Position numbers and translations under genes: made by a program
The notes under the pieces: generated by a model
What the model saw: only the letters and a program-made list of their open reading frames with translations
Database searches by the model: none
Told to the model about the DNA's origin: nothing
Shown: positions 38,850 through 52,300 of the stretch, piece after piece
Layout of the letters: every line of letters starts with the position of its first letter
Position numbering within the stretch: position 1 is the first letter of the stretch
Source: Paraspadella gotoi
Taxonomy: Eukaryota; Animalia; Chaetognatha
DNA length: 64,000 bases
Assembly: GCA_051294375.1 (NCBI GenBank)
Contig: CM119271.1
Span: forward strand, 9,377,308 to 9,441,307
Reading direction: 5' to 3'

Positions 38850-40370
38850 AGTAAAAAAAAAGAAAGACGGACCGACAGACACACAAAAAAGAGATATATG
38901 TACTTATAAGTATAGCAATCCTTTGTAAAACGGTCAATTTTAACGGAAACGAATATGCAAAACGAAAAGTTTTAAAAACCTCATTTTTCCACCAATTTAA
39001 ACTAATAAAACTTGAAACGAACAACATTAGTCAGTTCGACAAGACGACAACATAAATCTTTCCACTTGTTTTAGACTCGTTCAATTTCTCCTTCGACGAA
39101 GTCAGATTCGTGAAATTCTTAGCGCTAAAAACTTGGCTCGTCCGGTTGTCCCGATCTTCACACTTCCTGCTTCGGTTTTTTTAAAAGTCGTTTGAACTCT
39201 TGATGTAACAAAAATTTAAAAAAAAAAAGGATGCAAATTGACAAGTGAAAAGAATTCGCGATGAAAAGCTAAAAAAAAATTGAGGAAAAGTAGAAAAGCC
39301 GGAAAGGCCAGGAAAAAAAGCAGGAAAAACAAAATAGCAAATTGAGCGATAATGTCATTACACTCAGTGTAATTTACAGAATCAAATTTAAATTTTTTGC
39401 TGAAATATTTTTTTATGAAGTTTTGTTTTTAGGACACTTGCCTTTCTATTTAATAACCAATGTTTTATTGTAGATATAAAAACGTTTATAACTTATTTTT
39501 TCTTTGATATATTTCTAGACTTTCTTCGATTTTTAAAAAAAAAATTGTTATCTCTGTTCTGTATCTACTATTATCAAACAGAAAGAAACCACAATAAAAC
39601 AAAACAAAAAAAATAATTCGTGAAAAACGGGACGATTTGTACAGCGGGGTGAAGAACAAACACGATCTTCCTGTACATTAATCATAAAGGGATCCCTCTG
39701 TACAATTAATCAAACCAACGAAGCGCGAATCTCTATCGTAATTAAATCGACGCCTTAGTTATTGACTTTTACGCCCCGCCGCGGTCTCTCTCTCTCTCTG
39801 TCTCTCTCTNNNNNNNNNNNNNNNNNNNNNNNNNNNNNNNNNNNNNNNNNNNNNNNNNNNNNNNNNNNNNNNNNNNNNNNNNNNNNNNNNNNNNNNNNNN
39901 NNNNNNNNNNNNNNNNNNNNNNNNNNNNNNNNNNNNNNNNNNNNNNNNNNNNNNNNNNNNNNNNNNNNNNNNNNNNNNNNNNNNNNNNNNNNNNNNNNNN
40001 NNNNNNNNNNNNNNNNNNNNNNNNNNNNNNNNNNNNNNNNNNNNNNNNNNNNNNNNNNNNNNNNNNNNNNNNNNNNNNNNNNNNNNNNNNNNNNNNNNNN
40101 NNNNNNNNNNNNNNNNNNNNNNNNNNNNNNNNNNNNNNNNNNNNNNNNNNNNNNNNNNNNNNNNNNNNNNNNNNNNNNNNNNNNNNNNNNNNNNNNNNNN
40201 NNNNNNNNNNNNNNNNNNNNNNNNNNNNNNNNNNNNNNNNNNNNNNNNNNNNNNNNNNNNNNNNNNNNNNNNNNNNNNNNNNNGGGGGGAGGGAGGGAGA
40301 GACAGAGAGGGAGAGAGAGAGACTAAGAGTGAGAGGGAGAGGAAGGAAGGGGAGAAAAAGAGAGAAAAAA

Positions 40371-40415
<45 letters not shown>

Positions 40416-41061
40416 GAGAGAGAAAAGCTATTGGGGGCTACCAGGGAAACCGGCATAGGATGCGGCTGGCGGGCGGGGCGATGCCCGATGCTGCTTTTTG
40501 AGGCGGGGTTTTTGTAACTTGAGGGGTTGGATAAGGGAGTTGAAGTGGGTAGGGGTTTGTGGGCAGGGATACATTGGGCACGTGGGCACGTGGGGTGATT
40601 TTTGACCGGGTTGTACATTGTACAAGGCTTTTTGAGAACATATGTAAAGGTCTCGAATTTATTCAGAGTTAAGGTCACGTTTTAGGAAAAACTTTTTGCG
40701 TACATCTTGTAGAGGAGAATGAGTTTACAAACAAAGGGAGAGAGAGANNNNNNNNNNGAGAGAGAGAGAGTGCACAATTTCTTCCCGACCCTGCGTCTGT
40801 TTCACGGTTAAGCAAACGCTTCGGGCGAAAAGAGAAGAAAAGGAAATAACAAGAAAAATCACTCACCGCGAAATCAGTCGCTGTGAAAAAACCACTCGAT
40901 GAAAATCACCGACTGGAAATCACGTGAAAATCACCGACTGGAAATTACTTTTCCAAAGTCGGTGATCAAAAAAACATTTCTGCATAATAGCTCCCACTGA
41001 TCGCTAAGACCTTTATTGAAATATAATTCTTGATAGAAATTAAATCGAAAAATCAGTCGAA

Positions 41062-41225
41062 ATCGGTTGGTCGGTCGGTCGGTCTGTCTGTCCCACTTAC
41101 GTTTAAAATGCTCATAATTCGCAAATTTCATATATCATTTGTTAAGACGAAATTCCGATTCAATGCGAGTCATAAATAAACGGGCGAGAAAAAAATCACT
41201 GCGGCGCAACACATTGGATGGATCG
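41062..41225 (-). mobile_element. Helentron-type element, truncated minus-strand copy
   Basis: Reverse complement carries CATCCAATGTGTTGCGCCGCAGTGA, TTTATGACTCGCATTGAATCGGAA and AACGTAAGTGGGACAGACAGACCGACCGACC; the 3' hairpin is absent. Confidence 0.72.
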
Positions 41226-42802
41226 ATATTGTTTAAAATTGCTAACCTGGATGGTTTTTTTTTTCATCTCTTTAAGTTCACCCAATAACTTATTAACTTT
41301 ATATCATATTTTTGATAGGCCTTAGCCAGCCCAAACAGCCTTCAAAGACATAGAACACCCAATCCTTAAACCTTTTAAAGCTCTTCCTTAAGACAACCCC
41401 CCCGNNNNNNNNNNNNNNNNNNNNNNNNNNNNNNNNNNNNNNNNNNNNNNNNNNNNNNNNNNNNNNNNNNNNNNNNNNNNNNNNNNNNNNNNNNNNNNNN
41501 NNNNNNNNNNNNNNNNNNNNNNNNNNNNNNNNNNNNNNNNNNNNNNNNNNNNNNNNNNNNNNNNNNNNNNNNNNNNNNNNNNNNNNNNNNNNNNNNNNNN
41601 NNNNNNNNNGTCGAAAAAGGGGGCGTGGAGACTCGTATATCGCGTCTCGTCTCATTAAATTTCACGTCTTCATCTCCAGATTCGAATCGAAAGATTTTTA
41701 CGCTTCGTTTCACTCGACGCCATAATATTGTGACATTTTGTGAAAACATCTTGAGCCTTTTTCTTTGTATCTTTATGGCGAAGACGTCTTATCACGAAAT
41801 TTTTGTCATTTTAGGTAATAAGTTTCGCTTTCGAGTTTTGACGTCGTTTTTCGTCTCATTGCTCTTCCGACAACACGTCTCGTCCATTCTAATATGGAGT
41901 CCTCTCCAAACTTTGCAGCAGGATTTGCAACATCTTGCGGATACATTTACAATGAATGGCAAAGAGATTTAGCTCAAGAGGGCATTGAGGACAGTCGCCA
42001 GGAGGCAATAGAATTAAAATTCCCGAGGTGTCTTATTCTTTTTAGCTCTGGTTTGTTTTTGTTTATAATACTCTGTTTAGACATAGAAATGTTAGTGTTT
42101 TTCATCACGTCCTCTATTTTCAAGACCTTTTTGGAGTTAACGTCTGATTGTTAGATCCATCGATCGGCTTGTCCGTTTCTGAGTTGGTAAGTCGGTCGAT
42201 CCTTCTAACAGTTACATCAATCTCAGTCCTCTAAAATTGTCTCTTAAGTAAGTCACGTGAAAAATGTTAATTGTAAAATTATAACAAAATTTAATGAAAA
42301 CCTTCACTCCGCCTCCTTTTAGCCACCAGTCTCGATTTCTCCATTCCACTTATCAACCACCCCCCTGTCCCCCCGCCCACCTTTAACTATCCACCCCCCT
42401 CTTTGGGTCCACCCTCGTCTCTCCAGCTTCGGGAAAAAACTTCGCTGTATCGAATTTTCTCTCGATCCGGATCACGAACTACGAGATCGAAAACCGCAGC
42501 TCGGAGTCGGTTTACGACCTGGGAATCTAGAGAATTTTCTTTTTTTAAGGTTTCGTCGACGACAACGATTCTACTGTGCGGAGAATCGGAACGGCGCAGA
42601 TGGAAAGAAAAGAAAGAGTTTTTTTTTTTAAAATTCGTGTGGAAGAATATAAACCTTTTTTTTTCGAGGAATAAAAGCTATTCGCAAATGTACGTACAAC
42701 TGGAAAGGAATGTTGTACGCGTCGTAAGGCGATGTTCTTGTCGTTGTTGTCGTCTTTTCTCTACAAAAAAAAAAAACAAACAAAAAAACGCGAAGAGAAA
42801 AG

Positions 42803-43186
42803 AAACCAAAAACGGTTCATCCAATGTGTTGCGCCGGAGTGACTTTATTTTCACGTATATTTCCCTGTGATCACATGACATTACATGACTACATGACTAC
42901 AATAACTTTCTGAGCCCGTGTATTTATGACACGCACTGCATCGGAAATTCGTTTTTTATTCTTTATAGTTTTAGGATTTCCTAAAGGCGGCGCTCGCTGT
43001 CACTTAGATTTGAAGAATTTTTCTGTCTGAACAAATGAGCAACCAAGTAGAGGTTAATTAAGAGCGTTTTTAACGTAAGTGGGACAGACCGACGGACAGA
43101 CATACCGACGGACCGACCGACCGAATAACCGACCAAAAAGTGACTTATAGAGTTGCTCCGCGAGTACTCGCGGCGCAACTAAAAAA
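42803..43186 (+). mobile_element. Helentron-type element, copy 2 (best preserved)
   Basis: Aligns end to end with 28748-29113. It has a 28-nt near-perfect palindrome GTTGCTCCGCGAGTACTCGCGGCGCAAC (43152-43179) followed by TAAAAA. Confidence 0.78.
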
Positions 43187-43829
43187 CCAGAGACTAAATC
43201 TGGTTTCGATGATTCGTGGCTTCCTTATCCGTGAACCCTGGGTGCGATTTTTAAGGGCGGTGAATTGGGGGGGGGGATAAAAACGGAGCGGGGTGGTGGG
43301 GACTGAGGCAGGGTAGATGTAAAAGGAATAAACGGGGTAAGGCGTCGAAGGGGATGATCAGGAAGAGAAATATCTTAACAGATTTAAGTAGCGGGATTTC
43401 TTTTAGGGGGTAAAAGGGGTAAGGCGTAAAGGAGTAAGGAGTAAAGGGGTAGGGCGTAAAGGGGTAAGGGGTTAGGGTTAAACGGTAAATGATCTTTTAG
43501 AAAAGGAGGCCGAAGGAAAAATCTCGCGGAAAAATCTCCAGAAATCGAGGATGAATATTTTCGAGGCAGAAATCTTTGGAGAAATAAAAAGGAGGGAAGG
43601 AGATATTGATCTTTTTTTTTTTTTTTCGAGCGCTAAACGGTTGTTTCAAGGGGGCGTACAATTTGGGTGGTGATCGGGATTAGAATTGGTTAGTTTAGGG
43701 TGGAAATTTACAAAGAAGATTGTTTTCGTGTTCCGCGATGGTTAAAACTTAAAACGTGATTTTACGTTTCTTCACATGCTGTCCTTTATCGCTTCAAACT
43801 TATCACCTATCACCAAATGACACACACAT

Positions 43830-43926
<97 letters not shown>

Positions 43927-43966
43927 AGGTTTGTAAACACTAACGGGTTTTGTTTACGCTTTTCAG

Positions 43967-44226
43967 GAACCGTTCCACTTCAAGACGCCTTCGCCTCCTT
44001 CTCCTTGACCGCCGACGCCAAAGCCGACAAAGCCGACAAAGCCGACAAATGAAGCCGACGGAGACGACGAAGACCCCGATGACGCCGAAGACGACGACGA
44101 CGGCGTTGTGGACGACGATGCCGACGACGTTATCGGCCTTCTTCAATTTCTTTCATTTTCCACCGCCAGTTGGCGGCCGACGTTCCGTGACGTCTCGCCA
44201 GATTGGTTTCACAATTATCACCCTAG
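43967..44226 (+). CDS. Probable plus-strand exon (..MKPTETTKTPMTPKTTTTALWTTMPTTLSAFFNFFHFPPPVGGRRSVTSRQIGFTIITL); product unknown
   Basis: Branch-point-like CACTAAC at 43938, pyrimidine tract and TTTTCAG acceptor, donor AG|GTCGGT. One frame is open throughout the 260 nt. Confidence 0.45.
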
Positions 44227-45594
44227 GTCGGTCCGTCCGTCCGTCCGACTTAATTTGACAGGCGTCGAAAGTCTTTTGTCATTTAATGACACTGTCATCG
44301 ACGAAATGATAAACGACGCAAGACATAAAAAAATTTTTTTTGACGGATCATCGGAGTTTCGAAAGACATATTTTACGACGGGGATTTTTCTTCCCGATTG
44401 AAAGACCCGACAGCGTCGGGCCGACACTTGCCGACGCCTTTCGCCGACAATCGATCCGTCGATCCGTTTCCGTCCCTTGAAAATAATCGTCGCGTCCGCC
44501 AATTACGAAATCTTTTTTTTATTCGTTAAATCGCATTAAGAGAATTCTGCGAGTGGATCGTCGTTAAAAGCCGGATAATTGTGAGAATCGTTGCCGACTT
44601 TTTGTAATCAGAAAGCCGACAAAAAAGGGGCGAGCCGACGGAATGCTATAAGAGGAGGCGTAAAGACGAAGGTGGCGACAGAGGCGTGGTCGATGGGGGC
44701 TGCGGCAGCGGCATCGGCTGCGGCTGCGGGGGCAGCGAAGCAGCGTCCTAAGTGATTAAAAAGCGGAACGTCTTTTATCGAAAACGAGTTTCCAGGTTAA
44801 AAAGGGAATAAAAAAAATATTTTAATGGGATCGGCGCCGGTCTTACTACGACCAGTTTTATTGGTTGATTGGGCTTATTGATTGATTAGGCTCGGCTGCC
44901 CTGGGAAATATGGAAACGTAAATTGTTATTGTTGAAATTGTTAATTATATTTAATGTAATTGTTTTTGTTTAAATCTTTTTTTTTTTTTGCGGAAGACGG
45001 CAGAGAACTCACGTCGACGACTCGAGCGGAATCTTTTAATTTGGACCGCGTGTACAGTGTACACAACACGCGAACATTAATAACGTCCGTTTCTTCGAAC
45101 AAAAATGAATTACTCCTTACTTATTCCGCCTCTTTAAACATTATCTCAAAGTTGTTATTGTTGTTATCGTTGTTGTTGTCGCCATCGTCGGTATTATTCT
45201 TACTTCCCGATCTTTCTTTTCCATCTCAATCTTTCTTCTATTTTTGTTTTGTTTGTATCATTATTTGTATTATTTGTATTTTTTTTATTATTCTTTTTGC
45301 AGGGATTTAACTTAGGTTTTATCGTTCGTTCCCTATTGTGCTTAATAAATCCTTAATACTTTGTACTTTTGAATTTTTTTATACAACAAGGTTCATAGTT
45401 ACTCTTTGATCCACTCTCTGTGATCCTTATCTTGACTCACCCAATCTCTACATTAACTACATTAAATACATTAACCACATTTTTTCCCTACAATATCTAA
45501 CCCTATTTTTAACCCCCCTCCCAACTCCCCCCGGGGAGCATCGACTCGTAAAAACTTCATTGAACCAGACGCAATTAAAAAATCAGCGAATCCA

Positions 45595-45765
<171 letters not shown>

Positions 45766-46227
45766 CGTCTGCTGGCCGACGAAAATTTTACGAGGATGGA
45801 CGGACCGGACCGGACCGAACGGATTAGACGGACTGACGAACCGATCGAGAACGGAAGATCGACTCCCTTTTTTTTTTTGGTGGGGCCGTTTTGTCTGCAA
45901 CTCCACCCCCCCTCCGACCAATTGCAACCCAATCAAAATCTTTTCATAAACCCTGACCCCCGTGTGGACTCCGCCCCCTCTTCTCTCTCGGCCGCCCTTA
46001 CCCCCTACGCGACCCAACATTACCTCCTGTACTTTTCTAAAGCCAGCCCCCCCCCATAAAAGCCTGGAGCGAAGAACGGCCCCTTCAACTACGGAAATAT
46101 GTACGGTTTGTTGTCGGTTTGGTTAACTCGAACTTGCTATTTCTATAAACCTACTCATTAAACTAACTAATTAAAATTAAATCTCACCTTTCGGCCAATG
46201 AGAGAGGCAAACCGAATCTACCCACCG

Positions 46228-46283
<56 letters not shown>

Positions 46284-46597
46284 CTTCTCTCTCTCATCTC
46301 TCTCGTCCTTCTCTTTCTCTCTCTCCCCTAATCAATTCCTTCCCCCGAACGAGGCAGTTCGACGCGCGGCCTTGAACGTCAATAACAACAACGAAGACCA
46401 TCATCATAATCATCATCATCACGAAAGCATCACCACGGTAGCGGAGTTCACCTCCCGAGTTCACGCCCATCGATGCTCACAACCTTCGGCCTCACTTCAC
46501 ACATTCACAAATCGTGAGCGACGAACGAGTCGGTTCACCACCTTTCACCTTTTTTTTCCTCCGCCCTCATTTCTCGCTACTTGGGCCTTTTTTCCCT

Positions 46598-46830
46598 GCA
46601 TACAACTTTCTCCACGAATCATTCAAAGTTCTCCACGTTACATAGTGCATACAACTTTTTCCACACTCCATACTAGTTTCTCCACGATCCATAGTAATTT
46701 TCCACTATGCATACCATTTTTCTACTTTCCTTACATATTTCTACTCATTCAATGCACCCTTCTCCACACTCCATACAACTTTCTCCACACTCCATACAAC
46801 TTTCTCCATACTTTAGACAAATTTTCTCCA
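46598..46830. repeat. Degenerate 21-bp minisatellite CATACAACTTTCTCCACACTC
   Basis: Two near-perfect units at 46772-46812, with degenerate units on either side. Confidence 0.8.
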
Positions 46831-47279
46831 AATTTTATCCACACAAAATTTCCTAATCGTCTCTTTCTCAACCAAACGTGAGGGAATTCTTTTGACAAAC
46901 AAAGTGATCAGCAATTTCAACGTCTCGGACAATCTTATACTTGAACCCTTTTTACTTTGTCTTTGATGGAAGTTCCCATCCCATATACTATTTGCGGAGT
47001 CGGCCAACATTGTGGCAAAATACATTGCCATAATTAGTAATATAGCCGTCGTCTATCCACTACTTTCTCTTTCCATTTTCACTCCTTGCGTCCCAACGTT
47101 TTTGTCCTTAACTTCGTCACTCTAAATCAACACTGCCGACAGTCGACACTCTCCGACACTCCCCGTCTCTCACTCTCGTCTTCATCCACGGGTTGGACGT
47201 CAGTTTCTCCTCGGAAGGCGACATCTTTACGACGACGGCAAAAATAAGGTTTTTCTTGACTCCCCGCCGAAAGGGTACT

Positions 47280-47327
<48 letters not shown>

Positions 47328-47423
47328 GAAGAGAGAGAGAGAGAGAGAGAGAGCAGAGAGAGATATATAATAAGATACATGGGTTAATATATAGATACGT
47401 TTAATGATAGATACGATAATAGA

Positions 47424-47432
47424 CTAGATAGA

Positions 47433-47467
<35 letters not shown>

Positions 47468-47488
47468 CATAGATAGTTCGATAGATAA
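47424..47488. repeat. (GATA)n microsatellite
   Basis: Directly visible. Confidence 0.92.
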
Positions 47489-48346
47489 AGAGAGAGACAG
47501 ACATACAGAGAACGAGAGACAGACAAACAGACAGACAGAGAGAGAGAGAGAAGAAGCATTGTAATCCGCATCAGACCATGTCAGAAGCGCCCGCATCAGA
47601 AAGTGAAAAATCGTCTCGAGAAAAATTATGTAGTAAATTATTGATGACTAACGTGAGGTAAGGTCCAGCGATCAGTCGATCGTATCTCTTGTGCTCCAAT
47701 GACTCACCACTGACGGCGGGAAAGGGAGGGGGCGGTGAGTCTGTGAGTTCCTCACTCCTCGCACGTGATCGTCTGTATCTCTCTGAAGACGAGATGACAA
47801 CAACAACAACAATGANNNNNNNNNNNNNNNNNNNNNNNNNNNNNNNNNNNNNNNNNNNNNNNNNNNNNNNNNNNNNNNNNNNNNNNNNNNNNNNNNNNNN
47901 NNNNNNNNNNNNNNNNNNNNNNNNNNNNNNNNNNNNNNNNNNNNNNNNNNNNNNNNNNNNNNNNNNNNNNNNNNNNNNNNNNNNNNNNNNNNNNNNNNNN
48001 NNNNNNNNNNNNNNNNNNNNNNNNNNNNNNNNNNNNNNNNNNNNNNNNNNNNNNNNNNNNNNNNNNNNNNNNNNNNNNNNNNNNNNNNNNNNNNNNNNNN
48101 NNNNNNNNNNNNNNNNNNNNNNNNNNNNNNNNNNNNNNNNNNNNNNNNNNNNNNNNNNNNNNNNNNNNNNNNNNNNNNNNNNNNNNNNNNNNNNNNNNNN
48201 NNNNNNNNNNNNNNNNNNNNNNNNNNNNNNNNNNNNNNNNNNNNNNNNNNNNNNNNNNNNNNNNNNNNNNNNNNNNNNNNNNNNNNNNNNNNNNNNNNNN
48301 NNNNNNNNNNNNNNNNNNNNNNNNNNNNNNNNNNNNNNNNNNNNNG

Positions 48347-50228
48347 GGGGGAGGAAGAGGGGTAGGGAAGTGGGAGAGGGAGGAAGAGAGGGAGGATGGG
48401 AGAAAGACAATGAGAGAAAGAAAAGGAGCGAAAGAAGAAGAGAAATTAAGAAAGAAAATGAGCTCTCTTTCACAAAAAGGGGCTCCATCTCTGTTAAATT
48501 AATACCTAAACTTAATTTTAACCCTAAAATTTAACTAAATTCCGAATTTGCTAATAAATGTAAAATGGATAATAAGACCGGAGTCGATAAAAAGCAAAGG
48601 TCCGAAGTGTGTACGATCAGTGAGTGGCCTTCGGTGATTCTTTTTATGATCCCGTGACAGCAGTCACTGACATCTCTATCGTACTATCTCGTAAGCCGAC
48701 TAAAATCTTTACGGAAATAGTTGTTCACACTCTTACCGTTTGCTACTAGATAATTAAATTCAACATCTTTTACCCTAATGTAGCGACCCAAATGACGAAG
48801 ACGACGACAATGACGACGACATTTTTTTATTATTTTTGCTAATAAGCTACTTATTGAGCGCTGAAATAAGCCTCCCTATTTTTAAACAGCGACGTCTCAC
48901 TCTCTTTTCCTCCCAACGAAAAAAAGAACGAGGGTCTCGTCTTCCTCCGAAAATAAGTTCTAAGATGAGTTAGAAAGATAAGTTAGAAAATAAGTGAGGC
49001 TGCGCCGCTGCGAGACAGGTTCCAACTAGAGAAATAAGTAATGTTCCCAGATTGTTGGGGAGATATGACGCAGTAAAAAGTAAGTTTGTGTTTGAGTGGG
49101 GAGGAGAGAGAGGGACCTTTATTTTTTAAAACAACCTTCCCCCTGATTGCGCTGTGGAATCTGACCAATGGAGGACGATTTCGACATCTCGGTTTTGTCT
49201 CGAGTTTGTCAAATTTCATAAGCGTAAGAAGATTTACTTTTCTGGCGGCGACTGGGGTTCCCCACGAGAGGAGAAAGGGGGGGAAGGAGGAGGGATGGAG
49301 AGGGGGGAAGAGGGGTAGGAAGTGGGCGAGAGCCCGAGCCGTCGATGCGAAGGAGGGAGGGAGAGCTCTAGGTAGAGAGAGGGATGGATGGGAGAAAGAC
49401 GATGTGAGAGATTAAGAATAAGGAGCGAATAGAAGAGGAGAAATTAAAGAATCTAGGTGAAAAGATTGAGCTCTCTTTTCACAAAAAAGCGTGGCTCACA
49501 TTCTCTGTTTTTAATTTAACCTACTAACTTAATTTTTTTTAACCTTAAAATTTTAACCTAAATTGCCGACAGTTGTATTAATAAATACATGTTTTAAAAT
49601 GCGATAAATTAAGACCGGAAGGTCGATTAAAGCAAAAGGTCCCGATAAGTGTTGTGTTACGATCCAGTGAGTGTGCTCACTGATTCTTTTTTATGATTCC
49701 GCGTGACAGTAAGGTCACTGACATCTCTATTCGTACTATATCGTAAGCCGACTAAATTTTCTTGCTACGTTAGATAAGATTAAATTCCCAAACATCTTTT
49801 ACCCTCTAATTGTGTGCGATGCCCCAAATGACGAAGACGAGCGGGACAAATTTGGACGACGACATTGTTTTTTTAATTATTTTTTTCTTTGCTTAATAAG
49901 GCTACTTAATTGAGCGCTTGAAAATAAAGCCTCCTATTTTTTTGAAAACGGCGACCGTCTCACTTCTCTTTTTCCTCCCAACGAAAAAATAAGAACGAGG
50001 GTCTCGTTCTTTCCTGCCGAAGAATATGTAACCTGCTCTGTTTCGAAGTCATGAGTTTAGAAAGATATATAAAGTTTAGTGAAATAATATAGTTGAGGGG
50101 CTGCGCCGCTTTTGCGAGACAGCGTTCCAAGTAGAGAAATCATATAGTAATGTTCCCAGATTGGTTGCGGGAGATATGACGCGTAGTTGAAAAAGTTAAG
50201 TTTGTGTTTTGGAGTGGGGAGTGAGAGA
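48347..50228 (+). repeat. Duplication: clean copy 48347-49110 and insertion-riddled copy 49301-50228; likely assembly artefact
   Basis: Colinear; the second copy is longer through many 1-3 nt insertions. Confidence 0.88.
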
Positions 50229-51443
50229 TAGGGGGGGAAAAGTGAGATGAGAGAGAAGGATGAAGAGCGTGAGAGGATGATACTGGAGCGAGAGAGGTGA
50301 GAGAGAAGAGAGAGGAGATAGTAGAGATGAGACGAGAGAGATGAGATGAGCGAGAGCATCTCAGCACGTTTTCTGTTATAATTTAATGATATAGGTACAA
50401 ATTTTTTACACTGTATATTAATTGTAAAAAGTAAATTATAAAATAAAGCTTCCCTCTTATAATGTTTCGGTTTACCGAAAGTAAAGTAATTTTTGTAAAC
50501 AAGCGATTGCTGTTTATCCGATAAGCCCAGGATTAGGAGGAAGAGAGAGAGAGAGATGGAGAGAGAGATGAGAGAGAGAGAGGTAGAGAGAGAGATCGAT
50601 GAGAGAGAGAGGCCGAGCGAGAGGATGAGGATAGAGAGAGAGAGAGAGGGGAGAGAGGTTGAGCGAGTCTGAGAGAGNNNNNNNNNNNNNNNNNNNNNNN
50701 NNAGAGAGAGAGAGGCTCGCATCCGATTCTTTGACAAATTCGGGCCGAAAGAGTTCATCCGATTCGCGAAGACCAAAGCTGAGACCGACTGAGTGACCGA
50801 GAGACCGACAGACCGACCGACGGACCGACCGACGGACCGACCGACGGACCGACCGACGGGAACCTCTTCCCTAAGTCTGATTCATTGAGTCGAGGAAATA
50901 ATCCGACTTGGTGAGTGAGATAGAGAGAGAGAGAGTTCATTTAAAAGTGATGGGGAAGATAGCAATAAAAAAAGAAGAGAAGAAAAGAAAAGAAAAGAAA
51001 AGAAAAGAAAAGAAAGAAGAGAAAAGAAAAGAAGAAATTTAAATTAAATTAAAAGAAGAGAAAGAAGTACAAAAATAGAAAAGTGAAGAAAAAGAAAAGA
51101 AAAGAAAAAAAAAAAAGAAAAGAGATGGGAAAAAAAGACAAAAGGCACTTCACGACTGTGGCGCCTCTGACGTCATTTCCGATCGCTTCAACTTTGAAGA
51201 TTTTTAACGGATTTTCAAATTGACCAAATTTATCTCTCGTCCATTTGTCCGTTTGTTCCTCTGTCGAGTCATCCATCAAAACAGATCAGTGGTCCCGACA
51301 GGAATATTGGGCAACGTCATTGATAAGAAATTTAACCGATTAGAATCGAATAAAACTGATATTACATTTACAGTGAAACTTCAGATTTTTATTGAGTTAC
51401 TTGACGTATCTCTCTTTGGCATCGTGGACTTAATGAAGCAGAT

Positions 51444-51545
<102 letters not shown>

Positions 51546-52072
51546 AATATTCGGGAATACATCTGATTCGTCTTCCCGGTTTTCAATCTTGACATGAAAA
51601 TTCAATTAAAGCCTCGGTAGGAGAATAAACAAAATCCGCTTTTCAGTTCGTTATAAGATTTGTAGATTAAAAATTAGCTAAAGTTGTTCGTGTGAAAAAT
51701 TTTTAAGAATGAAAAAAAAATTGTCAAACCTTTTGTAAAGATAAAGGGATATGACTCATAAATCCATGAGTGAGTAGAAAATTTCAAGAATAAAAAAGGT
51801 GATTGTTGCATTATATTGTTATACATTATTATTATTATACATTGTATAATACACAATGAATTAAGTTTTTTAAATATTTTAAGAATCTCTTCGATTGAAT
51901 GAAATCAACCTCAAAAAAGGAAAGTCGAGAAAAGCTTCCAGAAGTAGAAAGAAAGGAAAATTCTCAGTGTGGGAAATATCCAGGGCCAGAGAAAGGATGC
52001 CACCCATTATAAAAAAAGAAAAATTGAGAAAAAAAATAACTTTTTTTCTTCCAAATTCTGTCAAAGAAAGAG

Positions 52073-52300
52073 AAACCAGATTGGTTCATCCAATGCGTTG
52101 CGCCGCAGTGACTTTATTTTCATTAGATTTGAGGTGCTTTTGTCTTAACAAATGAACAACTTTAGGCAACTTATATGCATGTTTAACGTAAAGTGGAACA
52201 GACCGACGGACAGACATACCGACGGACAGACATACCGACGGACCGACCGAAAAGTCACTTATAGAGTTGCTCCTCGAGTACTCGGCGGCGCAACAAAAAA
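52073..52300 (+). mobile_element. Helentron-type element, internally deleted copy 3
   Basis: Keeps both ends (GGTTCATCCAATGCGTTGCGCCGCAGTGACT and CTTATAGAGTTGCTCCTCGAGTACTCGGCGGCGCAAC plus poly-A) but lacks the segment between AGTGACTTTATTTTCA and TTAGATTTGA. Confidence 0.75.

Noticed and set aside
41957-41989. WQRDLAQEGIE resembles the start of a 2A/StopGo peptide
   Set aside because: The essential NPGP is absent (DSRQ follows), and the short ORF has no other support.
46357-46436. His/Asn-rich stretch (VRRAALNVNNNNEDHHHNHHHHESITT) as a plus-strand exon
   Set aside because: It is phase-compatible with 43967-44226, but the splice sites are weak and it is explained by (CAA)/(CAT) triplet repeats.
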